From Octopus sinensis (taxonomy: Eukaryota), in assembly GCF_006345805.1 (NCBI RefSeq), contig NC_043003.1, positions 75,516,001 to 75,580,000 on the forward strand: a stretch of 64,000 nt of DNA, written 5' to 3'. Made by a program: the position numbers and the translations under genes. Under the pieces are notes generated by a model. That model was not told the DNA's origin, did not search any database, and saw nothing but the letters and a program-made list of their open reading frames with translations. How positions within the stretch are numbered: position 1 is the first letter of the stretch; each line of letters starts with the position of its first letter. This document shows, in pieces, positions 38,901 to 51,997 of the stretch.

Positions 38901-39150
38901 GCGCAATTACCATTGTTTTTATTGTGACAACATCATTAGATGTATCATTAACCAGAACATGGAAAAGGTCCACCCGATCCCTTCATTATTATTATTTTTA
39001 TTATCTCTAATGTCACCGATATTGTATTTTTACTATTTATCATTGTTATATTAGCAGACTCATATGTTACACAGGTGAGGCAGTGGTAGTAGTTGTAGTT
39101 TGGCTTGAGATTCCTGTGCGCTCCGAATAGTAGTAGTTGTAGTATTAGCA
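35936..39150 (-). mobile_element. Near full-length decayed R4/Dong-clade retrotransposon, copy C
   Basis: N-terminal ISMECYYL...RGYQKRI; RT KAFDMIPHSW, HGDCLSSLIF, HLLFKDDLKLY; knuckle remnant WHITSQY..LAQKGYKRCHD; RLE RTLDIVLFEK...IIDIVCPAD; EHLQKTALLGTAR. 3' (AAT/AAC)n tail at 35861-35932. The 5' boundary is uncertain and may extend to the (ATT)n at 39558. Confidence 0.88.
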
Positions 39151-39557
39151 GCTGCAACATATTATCATTATTTTTATTTTATCATTATCAGCATCACCAC
39201 CACTACCATTGTTATTATCATTATTATTATTTCCATCTATTATTAAAAGATTTTATTAAATGTTCTTTATTTTCAACTTTTTATCTTGTACGTGAGATAA
39301 TCATAAATATGCGGTTGCTGGAGGGAACAGTTGGGGAAGACTAGCAGTTTGGTGACTAGATTAATTTCTGCAGGTTTATAAAGAGATTCGGCAGTTGGTG
39401 AGGAGATCAGCCATATAGACAAGAGTATCTTCGCACCCTTTGGTTCAACAGAGGTCAAATGTATTTCCTACTGACAGCGACAACTGTGAGCACTGTCCTT
39501 GGCCTTGAAACAAAGCAATTCAACCTGTTCTATTTCTAATTACTGGTACGAAAAACA

Positions 39558-39720
<163 letters not shown>

Positions 39721-42700
39721 TTCGGGTGGTTAAGGTGTATTGTATACATAAACATTTATACATCTAGTATACATTATCTAGAATTACAAGTACGCCTACC
39801 TTATCATATGTATCTAGTTCCTAGTTCTTGCAATATTTGAGATGTCATTCGTTTTAAAGAGATTTATTGTCGTGTGTGCCATTGCACAGTATTCAAGCTA
39901 TTGTTTTCTAACACATACGCATACACACACACGCAGACAAACACGCACGTGCGCACACACACACACAAGCAAACGCACACCAACATGTGCGCGCACACAC
40001 ATGACCACGCACACAATGTTACAATTCCTGTAGAATTCCCTAAATGCTTTATTTATTTGAAGCATTTCCTATGCCGCCCTGATAATTACGCATTATGCAA
40101 TACACAAGTTCAAACGTAATGTATTTATTCCATTATCAATAATGTAATGGCCAGTCAGTCTGGAGGATTTAGTTTCATTTGTAATGGAAGCCATAGTCAT
40201 CCGTCGATAGAAGACAATTTTAGTAAAGGCCTGATTTCCAGTGTGAATATTCTATGATTTCCCGTCGTTATATAAAGACCATTGAAGCCGTGCTGTAGAG
40301 TTTGAAATTTAAAATTTCTGAGATGTTACAGACTCTAAACCGGAATTTGATCAGAATATGTGCAGGATCAATGCTCTGAGCCTCAAACTGTCCTCGAATA
40401 GATCAGTTCATGTTTCACTATATTTGGAGAGAAATAAGGTGTATTAGAAGAACAGGTCCTAAAATGATGGTGAAAAATATGTCGATGGATTGAAAGCATC
40501 CTACCATTAATTAACAAAATATTGATGTATTTACAACATCTAAAACCTGAAAAACAAATTTTGTGGCTTGGCTATATCTGCTTATTGATCGAGACAAAAT
40601 TTAAGACGATTGGCAGTATTTAAATATTGACTTAAATGTTGACGAAATAGTAATACCTGAAGATTGAGACAGAACTGTAGAAGATTGGCAACATCTAAAT
40701 ATTGGCTAGAATTATACTATGGGTGTATTGTCAGGTAAAATATTAGTAGTTTAGAAATACATGTAGAGTGATGGGAAAGATGCTATGCGATGTCCTTGGC
40801 TGCTCACTTTTAGGCTGCTACTATAAAGAACATTTTTTCCTCATTTTCCTACTACGGATAGTTATGAACAAGTTAATATTGGTATCAATCGAATCTAAAA
40901 TACTAGTTCGTTTAATACTGAGATCCTTTTGTTCTGTATTAAATCACAAAGTATTTAAAGAATATATTTGTTGAGATATTTAGCAGAGTACAACGCACAT
41001 CCCCGAAATATTCAGCTACATCATTCTAATACACTTTGAGTTCTTTTGACTTCTTAACCACTCCAAGGTCGAGAAGCATATACCAAAAATACACAGGGTT
41101 CAGACTAATTCAACAGAGAGTCTCCTTCATACATTTATGATATACTGCCATTGCAAGTTGTCCAAATTTTTCTATATTTCAATAAATATATTATTAACAT
41201 TTTGGGAGAGCTGTGAAAATCGTACTCACAATCCCTGCTTTTTTCAAAACTGGTTTACACTAACGCGCTAAATGTAAGAAACCAACGAACATCGTCGTCT
41301 TATCAATATACGGGTGAAAGCTTCTTTATACATTAATAAGTGCATTCACTATGGAAAGGAAAACGATCCATAATTGTAATATTCATGAACATCAAAATAA
41401 CAATTTGTTTTCACGGAATTTTTTGTTCTTTCATAATGGCAACTGGTATTGAATGTGTAACTCCTATTCAGTACAATCTATTTATTGATTTTTCGTACAT
41501 TCATAGTTCGAAATTTATCGGCGCCATAGGGGGCTTAAGTATTGATGAACAATGCGGCGTTTCAAATCAATGCAATGAAATACAAAATTCAATATTTCCA
41601 GTACATTTGTCCGGTACAAGTCTCCTTTATAAGGCAACATAACTTTGATATTCCTGTTTAACTGTAATTTTTCTTCTCACGCTTTTAGTTTTTGTACTGT
41701 TATTCTAATAGATAAGAAAGTAAAAGTTTTAATGTTCAGTATTGCAGTGTCTAGACATAAGTAATTTATCTTAAACAAAACTTAGATATTCACTGTTCCA
41801 ATTATTATTTTTTGTTTTCGTCCACAACACTGCAGTATTTCGAAACGTATTGTTCTGACATTTAAAATACGTCATTTATCGTAAATATGTTTAAAACAGC
41901 GCTCATTTCTTTTTTCATTTATTTACCAATTCATATTATCAGACGTCTAGACGAAACAGCCAAAATGAGACATCAATATCTACTACATATGTTCTTTGAT
42001 GTAAAAATAAAATAAATAAGGATTTCATCGTTCTCGAATAGTACTGAATGCACATTTGTATATGTATGGGTGTATGCAAATGTGTGTACGTGTGCGCGAT
42101 TATATATATATATATTTATACATATATTTATACATACATATATATATATGTATATATATACATATATATATATTTATATATTATATATATATATATATAC
42201 ATTCATGAAACATACACTCAGACACATTAGGAGTATACGTGTGAATGGGGGAGAGGGAGAGAGAGATATACTCTATTAAAAAAATCTGAGACACTCTCCA
42301 ATATTATATAACAAACAATATTACCTTGAAATACCATTAAGATCAGATTCTCCCAAAGGATCAATAAAATTAATAGACACAGCGTATTTGTGTTTTTTAA
42401 ATGTTACAATGTTGTATATATCGTGTATTTCCTTCGTCAATTGACGTTTCCTGTCATTGAGTGTTCAAAGAGATTTGAGCGAAGTTTTCTGGGCAAATTC
42501 TATGTGAAGTGTTCAAAGCGGAGTCATTCCCGTTAAAAGTTGGTATAGGCAATTTATCACTTTGTATATCACTACCTCACAGCCGTTGAATGCCGTTAAA
42601 GTACTTGAATTCACTGGAAGAAATTGGGTAAACACTCCAATCACCATGTAACTTTCTCTTTTTCACCCATCAATCACGGAAGCTTCCCAGATAAAAGAAA

Positions 42701-42769
42701 TAAGACTGCATTCGGACCAGTGTTTTACTTTTTCATTCAATATTCTTTTGCTTTTTTTTGTATTTTTAT

Positions 42770-42957
42770 TAACATTAGTCATTTTACTGCGGCCATGCTA
42801 GAGCACACCTTGTGGTTGCCGGTTGTCAAGATGATGGAGGGACACACACACACATATGCATATATACGACAGGATCCTTTGAGTTTCCGTCTACTGAATC
42901 CACTCAAAACACTTTGGTCGGCCCGAGGCTTCTTACGACACAGCCACGCCTGCGCCT
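42770..42957 (-). mobile_element. SINE family A, internally deleted, with intact 5' end
   Basis: Minus strand: ggcgcaggcgtggctgtgtcgtaagaagc|ctcgggccgaccaaag...gacggaaactc...gtcgtatat...gcatggccgcagtaaaatg. Confidence 0.75.
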
Positions 42958-42996
42958 ATATATACATATATACATACATTATTTAAATATATATAC

Positions 42997-43039
<43 letters not shown>

Positions 43040-43089
43040 TGTTTATATGTATATATATATGTGTATATATATATGTATATATATATATT

Positions 43090-43605
43090 ACCAAGTTATA
43101 TTGGCGCCCCTTCCTCTCACCCTCTTTAATTCTTTCTTTCTCTCTCTCTCTTGGTCATTTCTCGGCCATCCTCAATCCCCCCTCTCTCTTTCTCTCTCAC
43201 CTTCTTGCAACCTGCTGCTGCTAAGCCATTCCACTGCTGACAGCCGCCTGTACAACACATGTCTCCTCTACCGAAAAGGTAACCGCTTCCCACGCTTGCT
43301 GATCAATTGTTTTGTCTCATTTTGTCTCAAAGTCGTAAGACGCCCCAGTATCATTCCTGTTTTTATTCGTTACTGTTTCCAAGTTTATCTTCGTCTCTTG
43401 TTTTCCTATTGGTCTTGGTTGTCACATTATTTCCTTCTACCAAGCAAATCTTTTCCTTGGGGCTGGCCTTTTCGGAGCAAATCTCAGAATTAAACAGCCG
43501 AAATTTGCCATGATGAATCGGTTTCTGACTGAAGAATGAAGGCTCTGAATTACTGTCCGTTTTTCCGTGTTTGTCAATTCGTGAATTTCACGTTCTTTAT
43601 ATATA
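43090..43605 (+). mobile_element. Probable Penelope-like pLTR fragment between (TA)n arrays
   Basis: Pyrimidine-rich tract and a degenerate ctgaaga...gaa motif near 43530; TA arrays on both sides. Confidence 0.35.
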
Positions 43606-43611
43606 AGTTTT

Positions 43612-43655
<44 letters not shown>

Positions 43656-45224
43656 AGTATATATGTAATATGTGATATATTGTCAACGTCTTTTACAATA
43701 TCAGTAACACGGTATTAACATTTAACCCATTCAATCTTGCTTCTATCTAAAAGGAAAGGTTGCACGTTTCATGGGTAAAAACAAATTATTCTTTTTAGTT
43801 TACAGTTAATATTAATGACATTCGACAGAGATCGTAAGTTTCAGATCACCCCCTCCCCATGAAACAATTTATGTCTTAGTGTAATGCAACCTAGTTCTGT
43901 AAGCTTTTGTTTGGAAACGTTCAAGCTAGCTTAGACTATATGGAATTCCTTAAGATATTACGTCCTGACAAGAGGTATATTTCTATGTTAATTCCAGCTG
44001 ATTGAGAAACTCCAACTTCTTTGTAACCACTCTTGCAAGATCTGCCTCGATTATGAGTATCAGCTAACTCGTCCTCTGCTGTTTTAGAAGGGAATACTGC
44101 CCTATTCAATTTTCGAATATCTTAGCAAATGTTACGCATAGTTTTCTTGTTATGACATATATTTGCATTCTACATTTTCAAAGTTGACAGCATTTTTTCA
44201 AACAATGTCACTCCCAAATATCTTAGTATATTAGTGTTTATGTAAAATGGATTAATAATTGTTTGACTATGTTGAGCGTTAACTGTTGTCAGTTTACGAC
44301 TAACGAGTTGTTCTCCACACGTTTGACACTTTTAAGTGGAATTTCTCTGTTTAAAAGCTAGTCTTGAAACAGAAACAGCAATAAAATAAACATCAACAAC
44401 TACAACTTCAACAATGACAAGAGCATCAAAATCGCAAGTATTTTTGTTTTATGTGCACTTTGCCCTGATAACACACCAGGTCTGATAATTTACAGCAATG
44501 TTTAATCACTTTCCATTAACATTAATATAAGCTTCTATAAGTTCACTTCACAATACAGAAATACGAATATTTCAGTCAACTGTGTTCTGCACTAATCGTT
44601 GAAATTTTAAGTTTCTTCATAAATATATAGAAATAATCTAAATGTTAGAGCTAAAGTTATCTTAATTTAAAGCTTGTTTGGGAATAGCAACGTTTATTAT
44701 CATAATATCAAACGCGATTACAAATATGCCTTCGGTTTTCAATGAATTACAAATAATTAAAATATTTTTCTTTCTTTTCTATTTTTAATAATGTCTTGTT
44801 ATGTCTAGAGGAATAATATTGATAGCATATCTCTGATAAATATATTAACTTTCATTTCCGTTTATTTTTCTGTATTTAATCTTAAGGGAAAATAAATTAA
44901 AATACTGGTTAAGATCAAGTGGAAAATATGATTATGGATTATACTGATACCGAAGAACAGAAAATGAATATTATAATGCGAGATGAAAACATGATACAGT
45001 CATAGCAAGATATGTCTGCTATATATAATTGCTTCCTGTTTGAGAGGACTGTATTACAAGAAAAGTATAACGTTGAGATGTACAGCAAGGACTGCAGATA
45101 AGTTATAATTTTTTGTTGACCTTCAAATGTTTTTTGGGGTCTCCGTTAGACCTCCAAACCTTCTGGCACACATTGCATTCAAAGGTGCGCACAGACATAT
45201 AGGCAGAATAGTTGGTGGTGGTTC

Positions 45225-45325
45225 GTTTTACAGTAGAAGAGATTTGCCTATTGTGCTAGACTGTGGGTCTATGTGGTTGAAAAGCAAGCTTATTACCATA
45301 TAGCCACGCCTACGCCTGTCATTTT
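45225..45325 (-). mobile_element. SINE family A 5' head
   Basis: Reverse complement of ggcgtaggcgtggctatatggtaataagcttgcttttcaaccacat. Confidence 0.6.
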
Positions 45326-45644
45326 TCTCTCTACTCCTTTTTCGAAGTACTATACGACGTCATTACCCATTAGCTTTAATACATGTCCTGTCTTAATTCA
45401 ATGCTGTCTCATAGCCATGTGGCCTTTAACTGTATGTGTATATATATATATATTTACCATTTACCTGAGTTATATTCCTTATGTCATGTTCTGACTTTGT
45501 CTGTATTACTGCCCTTACGTTCACTCTCTCAATGCCAGCAACTTTTACCTGTTGCCGTCACCAAAATGAACAGTATTATCATTAAAGGCATGAAATTGTT
45601 ATGATTTTTGGACGATACATACAAACATATATAGATGTAAATAT

Positions 45645-46330
45645 AAATGCATATATAGGTACAGGATGTTACAAAACGTAAACAACATGAATTACAAAAT
45701 ACGAAAGAAACATGAAATACGAAAGCAAAATTGGGTTAGCGAACAACGAGAAAAACAAATGGAAAACAAAACAAGTAACATAAATAAGGATCCTTCATCA
45801 ATTGTCGGCTGTTCAGCTACTCCACATTTCAAGCAATTAACGACGATATAAGGCTTCGAAAAACAGTTGCTCCTGCGAACCAAAATATAATTTAGGATTT
45901 CCGGAGGGTTTCAAGATGGTAACAAAAACAGGAGAATGGGTAGATACAACAAACCAAATGAAAACTAACACGGAGGGCTGTTATGCCATCCGAGGTAAGG
46001 TAACGAACGCTGCAGGAATATTCTTTGACAAGAGGAAAGATAGGAGAATGCGTCTGGTCTGTGCGACAGACTGAAAGAGAAGAAAGATGATCACGTGAGG
46101 AAAAGAAAGATTGACGGCGGCCAAATGGGAACAACGAGAGAGAGAGACAGTAAAGGAGGAAGAGGAACAGAGATAGACAGACAGACAGAAAATGGTGAAA
46201 GGGAGATGAGTAGAAAAAGAATTAGAGAAAAGTAAAGAGAGAAAATTAAAGGGGGATAGAGAGAGAACTACAGGGTAGAGTCGCATCAAAGGTATTAAGA
46301 TAAACTTACTTTGAAATGGATGCGTGGAGT
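45645..46330 (-). mobile_element. Probable Penelope-like pLTR fragment
   Basis: Similar architecture to 43090 (aacagccga.aatt..tgatgaa), with a T-rich tail into (TA)n. The tail recurs inverted at 47872-47935. Confidence 0.35.
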
Positions 46331-46561
46331 TCAATCATATAATAATATAAATAATTATATATACATACATGTATGTCTGTTTTTCAGCGTTTACAAATAA
46401 TACGGGAAATATGAAGAGTTACCAGTGTAGCAAAAATTCACATGAATATCAAGGATGTAACAACCTATTTATAGAGGTAGAAACTCTGGCTTAAGGTGAA
46501 ATGATTTGTGTAATATAGATAAATAAATAAATAGAGTTAAATGCAGGTGTTATTCAAATTC

Positions 46562-46659
46562 TTTTATTTCTGGCATATGATTCGGAGACAGCATTGGTAT
46601 TATTCCAGAAGGAATAAAATGGTGTAAAACAATGCAATCTTCTCATCAGGGAAAGAAAG
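46562..46659 (-). ncRNA. Type I hammerhead remnant with long stem II (left arm)
   Basis: CUGAUGA intact (46649-46643), stem II GAGAAGAUUGCAUUG/CAAUGCUGUCUCC; GAAA>GAAU and GUC>GCC. Confidence 0.6.
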
Positions 46660-47044
46660 AATCAAAACATATTAATAAGACATTTTAACAGAATGTGATG
46701 ACTGCGTATAAGAATGAAGGGAACTCTATTAAGTTTTTTTTAACCGCCAGTAGACATAACGTCAAAGGTATCATATGGAAAGAGAAGGATGGGAAGGAAA
46801 GAAATTAACAGAAAATTAATAGTGGAGAAATATAGAGCGATGGGTCAATTAGAATAAAGCTCAAAAGCGTGGAATTAGATATAATTAGTGGAAGTGAAAT
46901 GTGAGAGGACAAAGGTCAAATTATATAGAATGGTAGAAAGCACTTACAGGAACTACAGTTATGTTTCTGTCAATGTTGTTACGTTTATTGATATGCCTAA
47001 ATGTAGAGTATTAGAAATGTAGAGTATTCTTTTGGACAACTGAG

Positions 47045-47290
47045 ATGGAGAACTACCTATTTAGGCATATCAATAAACGTAACATTACAGAGTTTAGTAA
47101 ATTAATCTGGCATCTAAAATATCATAATAAAGAATTTAATTTGGAATGGAATATTCTCTCTATTTCTTTACCGTGTGATAAACGTAAACATTTCTGCTTG
47201 CTCTGTAATAGCGAAATGCTCTATATCCTATTCCCAAAGAATCCCCTTTTAAAAACGTTTATAGAAAGCGTTTATCGTTGCAAACATTAG
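47045..47290 (+). pseudogene. Penelope GIY-YIG endonuclease C-terminal remnant
   Basis: NITEFSKLIWHLK...EFNLEWNIL...PC...CLLCNSEM..I....LL......CKH* matches the PLE pattern STELSK.IW.LK...I.W.IL...PY...C.LC..EK..I...LLN...CRH. Confidence 0.8.
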
Positions 47291-47635
47291 CAGAAATATA
47301 ACTTTAGTTCCTATAAGTGATTTCTATAGTTCTATATAATGTGACCTTTGTATTCTTACGTTTCACGTCCTCTAAATATATATTATTCCACGGTTTTAAG
47401 CTTTAATCTAATTCATTCATCGCTCTATATTTCTCCACCATTAGTTTTTTGCCAATTCTTTCTTTCTCTTCCATCTCTTTCTATATGCTACCTTTGAACT
47501 TATATCTCTACACCCATCTCTAACTTTGACGTTATTATCTAGTAACATTTATTTAGAAAACAAAGTTTAATAGCGTACCCTTCATCATTATACGCATTCA
47601 TCACATTCTATTAAAATGTCCTATTGATGTGTTTG

Positions 47636-47738
47636 GTTTCTTTCCATCCCTGATTAAAAGATTTCATTGTTTTACACCATTTTATTCCTTTCAGAATAAT
47701 ACCAATATTGTCTTCGAAACATATGTCGGAAGTAGAAA
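47636..47738 (+). ncRNA. Type I hammerhead remnant with long stem II (right arm)
   Basis: CUGAUUA (G8>U) at 47650; GAAA 47716-19; palindromic ACAUAUGU stem III; GUC 47725-27; GGAAGUAGAAA stem I strand. Confidence 0.6.
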
Positions 47739-47795
47739 AGTGATTCGAATAACACCTGCGTTGAACTCCATTTATTTATTTATCTCCCTCCGTCA

Positions 47796-47859
<64 letters not shown>

Positions 47860-47923
47860 ATATATATACGGATTTCGTAATTCATGTTGTTTACGTATTA
47901 TGATGTCCTGTACCCATATATGC

Positions 47924-47955
<32 letters not shown>

Positions 47956-47979
47956 GTATTATGTATGGATGTATGTAAA

Positions 47980-48025
<46 letters not shown>

Positions 48026-48096
48026 TACATATATAGATGCACATATACGTATATATGTACAGATATATATATATATATGGTGGGTGTGTATGTATG

Positions 48097-48238
48097 TAGT
48101 ATTAAGAAGAACCTCAATCACAGCAATTCAATTAAATGTGAAAGATCTAATCTATAATAAAATATAAATTTAGATATATTATTCACATTGTACTAACAAT
48201 TACTATACTAAAAAAATATACATTAAGTCCACACTTTT

Positions 48239-48281
<43 letters not shown>

Positions 48282-48417
48282 GAATTGAGAGACAGAACAT
48301 CCATCAAAGTAATTCAGTTAATCGTGAACGATATTATCTATAATAAAATATAAATTTAAATATATTATTAATAGTATACTAAAAATTACTATACTAAATA
48401 ATATACATTAAATCGAC
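48097..48417. repeat. Degenerate ~135-bp direct duplication (48097-48232 / 48279-48417) separated by (CA)n
   Basis: aattca.ttaa..gtgaa.gat.t.atctataataaaatataaattta.atatattatt...caatt/aaattactatactaaa..atatacattaa is shared by both copies. Confidence 0.85.
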
Positions 48418-48459
48418 GGTATATTTCAATGGCTACGATACATAGCCACTCTTCAGGTC
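48415..48459 (-). ncRNA. Minimal type I hammerhead remnant (U16.1>C)
   Basis: GAC|CUGAAGA|GUGGCUA-UGUAUCG-UAGCCAU(U)|GAAA|UAUA-C-C/GUC. Confidence 0.6.
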
Positions 48460-48973
48460 TAAATAAACAAAAAATATTACAACATAAATGGAGACATAAT
48501 TAAACTATACATTTAGAAATATTCGATAAAATTTAACAGTATTAAGAAAAAGTAGAAGCCTAACTTATCTTATTGATGAATACCCGTTAACTCAGCAAAT
48601 TAAACATGGATACTTAAGAAATTATGTCCTCCATTTATATGATTTCCAATGTAGGAGAGATAATTTTTATTAATGAGTACCAGTAGGAAAGAAAATTATA
48701 TTCTCTATTTAAAATATTTCCAGTGTAGGGAAGATAATTTTAAAAAGACTAAAAATAAGGGGAAAAATGGGAAACAAATATATGAAGGAAAAAATTAATT
48801 TACGTGGTTAATTTATTTAAATAAATAAATAATCAGATAACATTTTACTATATTTATGAAAATTGAAAACATTATTTATCTTATTAATGTCAGATAAATG
48901 GAAAAATTTAAACTTATAATTTAAAATTTATAATTTAAATTTTGGTATTAACATTAAACTAAACTAAAATTAG

Positions 48974-49043
48974 ACTAAAACCACTTGGTTTTAGTATAAT
49001 TACTGTCTACGCTAATTTTTAGTTAATTAACTAAAAATTAGCG
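48974..49043. repeat. Two adjacent perfect inverted repeats (10-bp arms with 2-nt loop; 34-bp palindrome)
   Basis: actaaaacca-ct-tggttttagt (48974-95) and cgctaatttttagttaa|ttaactaaaaattagcg (49010-43). Confidence 0.95.
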
Positions 49044-50899
49044 CTACAGGAATTCTATTGCTTTATATCAATATGTAAATGATAATTTTAGGACTAATAA
49101 GCAGAAATATGTACTACAACGCTTCAAATTGAAATGTTAACAGTTACACTAAAAATTTGGCGCTGCAAAAAAAAATTGTATTGATTAAAAATATGACGTA
49201 AATAATTAATAGAGATAAAATAAACAGAAATACATATTTTAACGATAAAAGTAAGAGATAGACGTGATGTAATATAGTATTTGCTGGGAAGTATTTCTAA
49301 ATTCACATTTATGTAAAACTAAATCGTTATTCAAAATCCATAGAATAAGCCGAATGTCCGCAAATTGTTATATATTCATGAATCTATTTGCTTATTTATA
49401 AACCACTTAGTTAACTCATATACTAGTTACCTACGCTACCTAATCTACAGCTAATATATACTCGTTATGCAATTACTAATTATGACTATTTAATTGGCAT
49501 TCTAAATTAGGGCTTATATGTATTCAAAATTATCTAAACTTACTCTATAAGTAATTCAACCTATATCAACATTTTATTTTTCTACCGTAGACTGCACTTG
49601 ACAGAAGTGCCACACATTGGTACTGGACCAGGGACTATATAGGTTTGAAGCAAGCGTATTACCACACTGCCAATAGTGCGCCTGTATATATAAGTGTTTG
49701 TTGTACAAAGAGCAACTTTGCTATCTGTTTCGGTTACTAAATCATCGGTGCTTAGTTTTATTCCGATGCTATATTCTACTATAGACTTTCGGCAATTAAA
49801 GTAGGTCATGTCTTTAATGCTATATCCATACTTCCGTTTCGCATTGAAATAATTCAATGTGCTCAACGTAATGTACAGAAATGTGTCTTGCGTGCGTATG
49901 CGTGCGTATGTGATTTTGCGGATGTGCTCGCGCGAGTCTGGATGTGTATGTGTGTGTGTGTGTGTGTGTGCACGCGTGTGAGCATGTGTGCATTTATATG
50001 CCGTCATGTAAGTCTCTTCCTGACATATCTTCATGATAGAAATAGAAAGTCAGTTTCTCACAAATGACACCCTATGTATTTTACGTAATCTAATATAGTA
50101 AGTACAATGATCTCGCTTGCTGGGAGTATGTCCTAGTTTGTTTTCATTGTTATTAACATATTCAAAGACATTTTCGTTTTGCGGATTCTACAGTACTAAA
50201 ACATAATGCTTACTATACTAACAAATACTCCTTATCTCAATGACGATGCATTCCTTATGTACCTGAAAAATTACAGTGCCTCCCGCTACTAACCGGCTAC
50301 TTTATGACTATTGCACCAGGCAGTTATATAGATTTAATCTGAAATACTTTGTTACATAAGGTGAAACTGGGTGTGAAAAGAAATGGAGGCTTTTAAAATA
50401 CAAATGTCAAATTATTTGCCTTCAAAGCTTCTCTGGAAGAGTCGTATGCGTCAATTTTTTGTGACATGATTGGATTGTGAGATATAACATCATATATACT
50501 ATGATAGCTTCTGGGTAATTCCAAATTATTGGTAGGTTAGGTTTATGGAATACAGAGATTCGGTAGACATTCTTTCTAACTATCGCCTTGCTGGCATTGT
50601 TCTCCTTATAAACAATATGGGTGTAAACATTCCACCCGGACATGAATAATGTCACATGACTATCGGATCATTATGCTGCAGCCTTGATCTACAAACAAAA
50701 GTGAATCTTTCGAGACAAATTATGCAGAATATTTTCCTTCCATTTCTGAAAGTCTACCAACGGTCATATTGCATACGAGTGTACAGAACTATTTTTGATT
50801 GAACATTACTTATTGCTGCTCTTGTATATGTGTGTGAGAGAGTGTGAGTGTGTGTGTGTGTGTGTGCGTGTGCGTGTGCGTATGGTTGTGTATGCATTT

Positions 50900-51605
<706 letters not shown>

Positions 51606-51649
51606 TTATATATGGGTGTCTGTGTGTGTACTCATACATTACTGATCAC

Positions 51650-51880
51650 AATACGCTTCATTGCTTTATTGTAGCCTTCAAATGATGCCACCCTCTAGTT
51701 ACGTGGACAGGCCAAATTCCCCGTAAACCGAATGCCGGTCTGTGTCTGTGATACCCGTTTAAATTCGGAATAATGTCAACTGAAATATTTTTCAAAAGAA
51801 CACGAAGTATCTCCTGTCTGGGAGTCTAAATCATGAACCTGCGATCGAGAGTTTTACACCCGAAATATAAGGTTATGTCA
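51650..51880 (-). mobile_element. Probable third tRNA-SINE family remnant
   Basis: Reverse complement shows a degenerate tRNA-like head (gggtgtaaaactctcgatcgcaggttcatgatt). Confidence 0.4.
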
Positions 51881-51921
51881 CTTCAAAACACATATAAACA
51901 TATATATATACATACACACAT

Positions 51922-51995
<74 letters not shown>

Positions 51996-51997
<2 letters not shown>

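Larger units (their letters stand above)
46519..47790 (+). mobile_element. Penelope-like element 3' end with inverted pLTR (arms 46519-47002 and 47059-47785)
   Basis: 46519-46976 is the diverged reverse complement of 47283-47785; each arm carries a hammerhead remnant; a GIY-YIG C-terminus lies between them. Confidence 0.8.

Noticed and set aside
48460-49560. Very AT-rich hairpin-containing block as a possible mitochondrial control-region NUMT
   Set aside because: No mitochondrial tRNA, rRNA or CDS recognisable; adjacency to a hammerhead favours a PLE origin.
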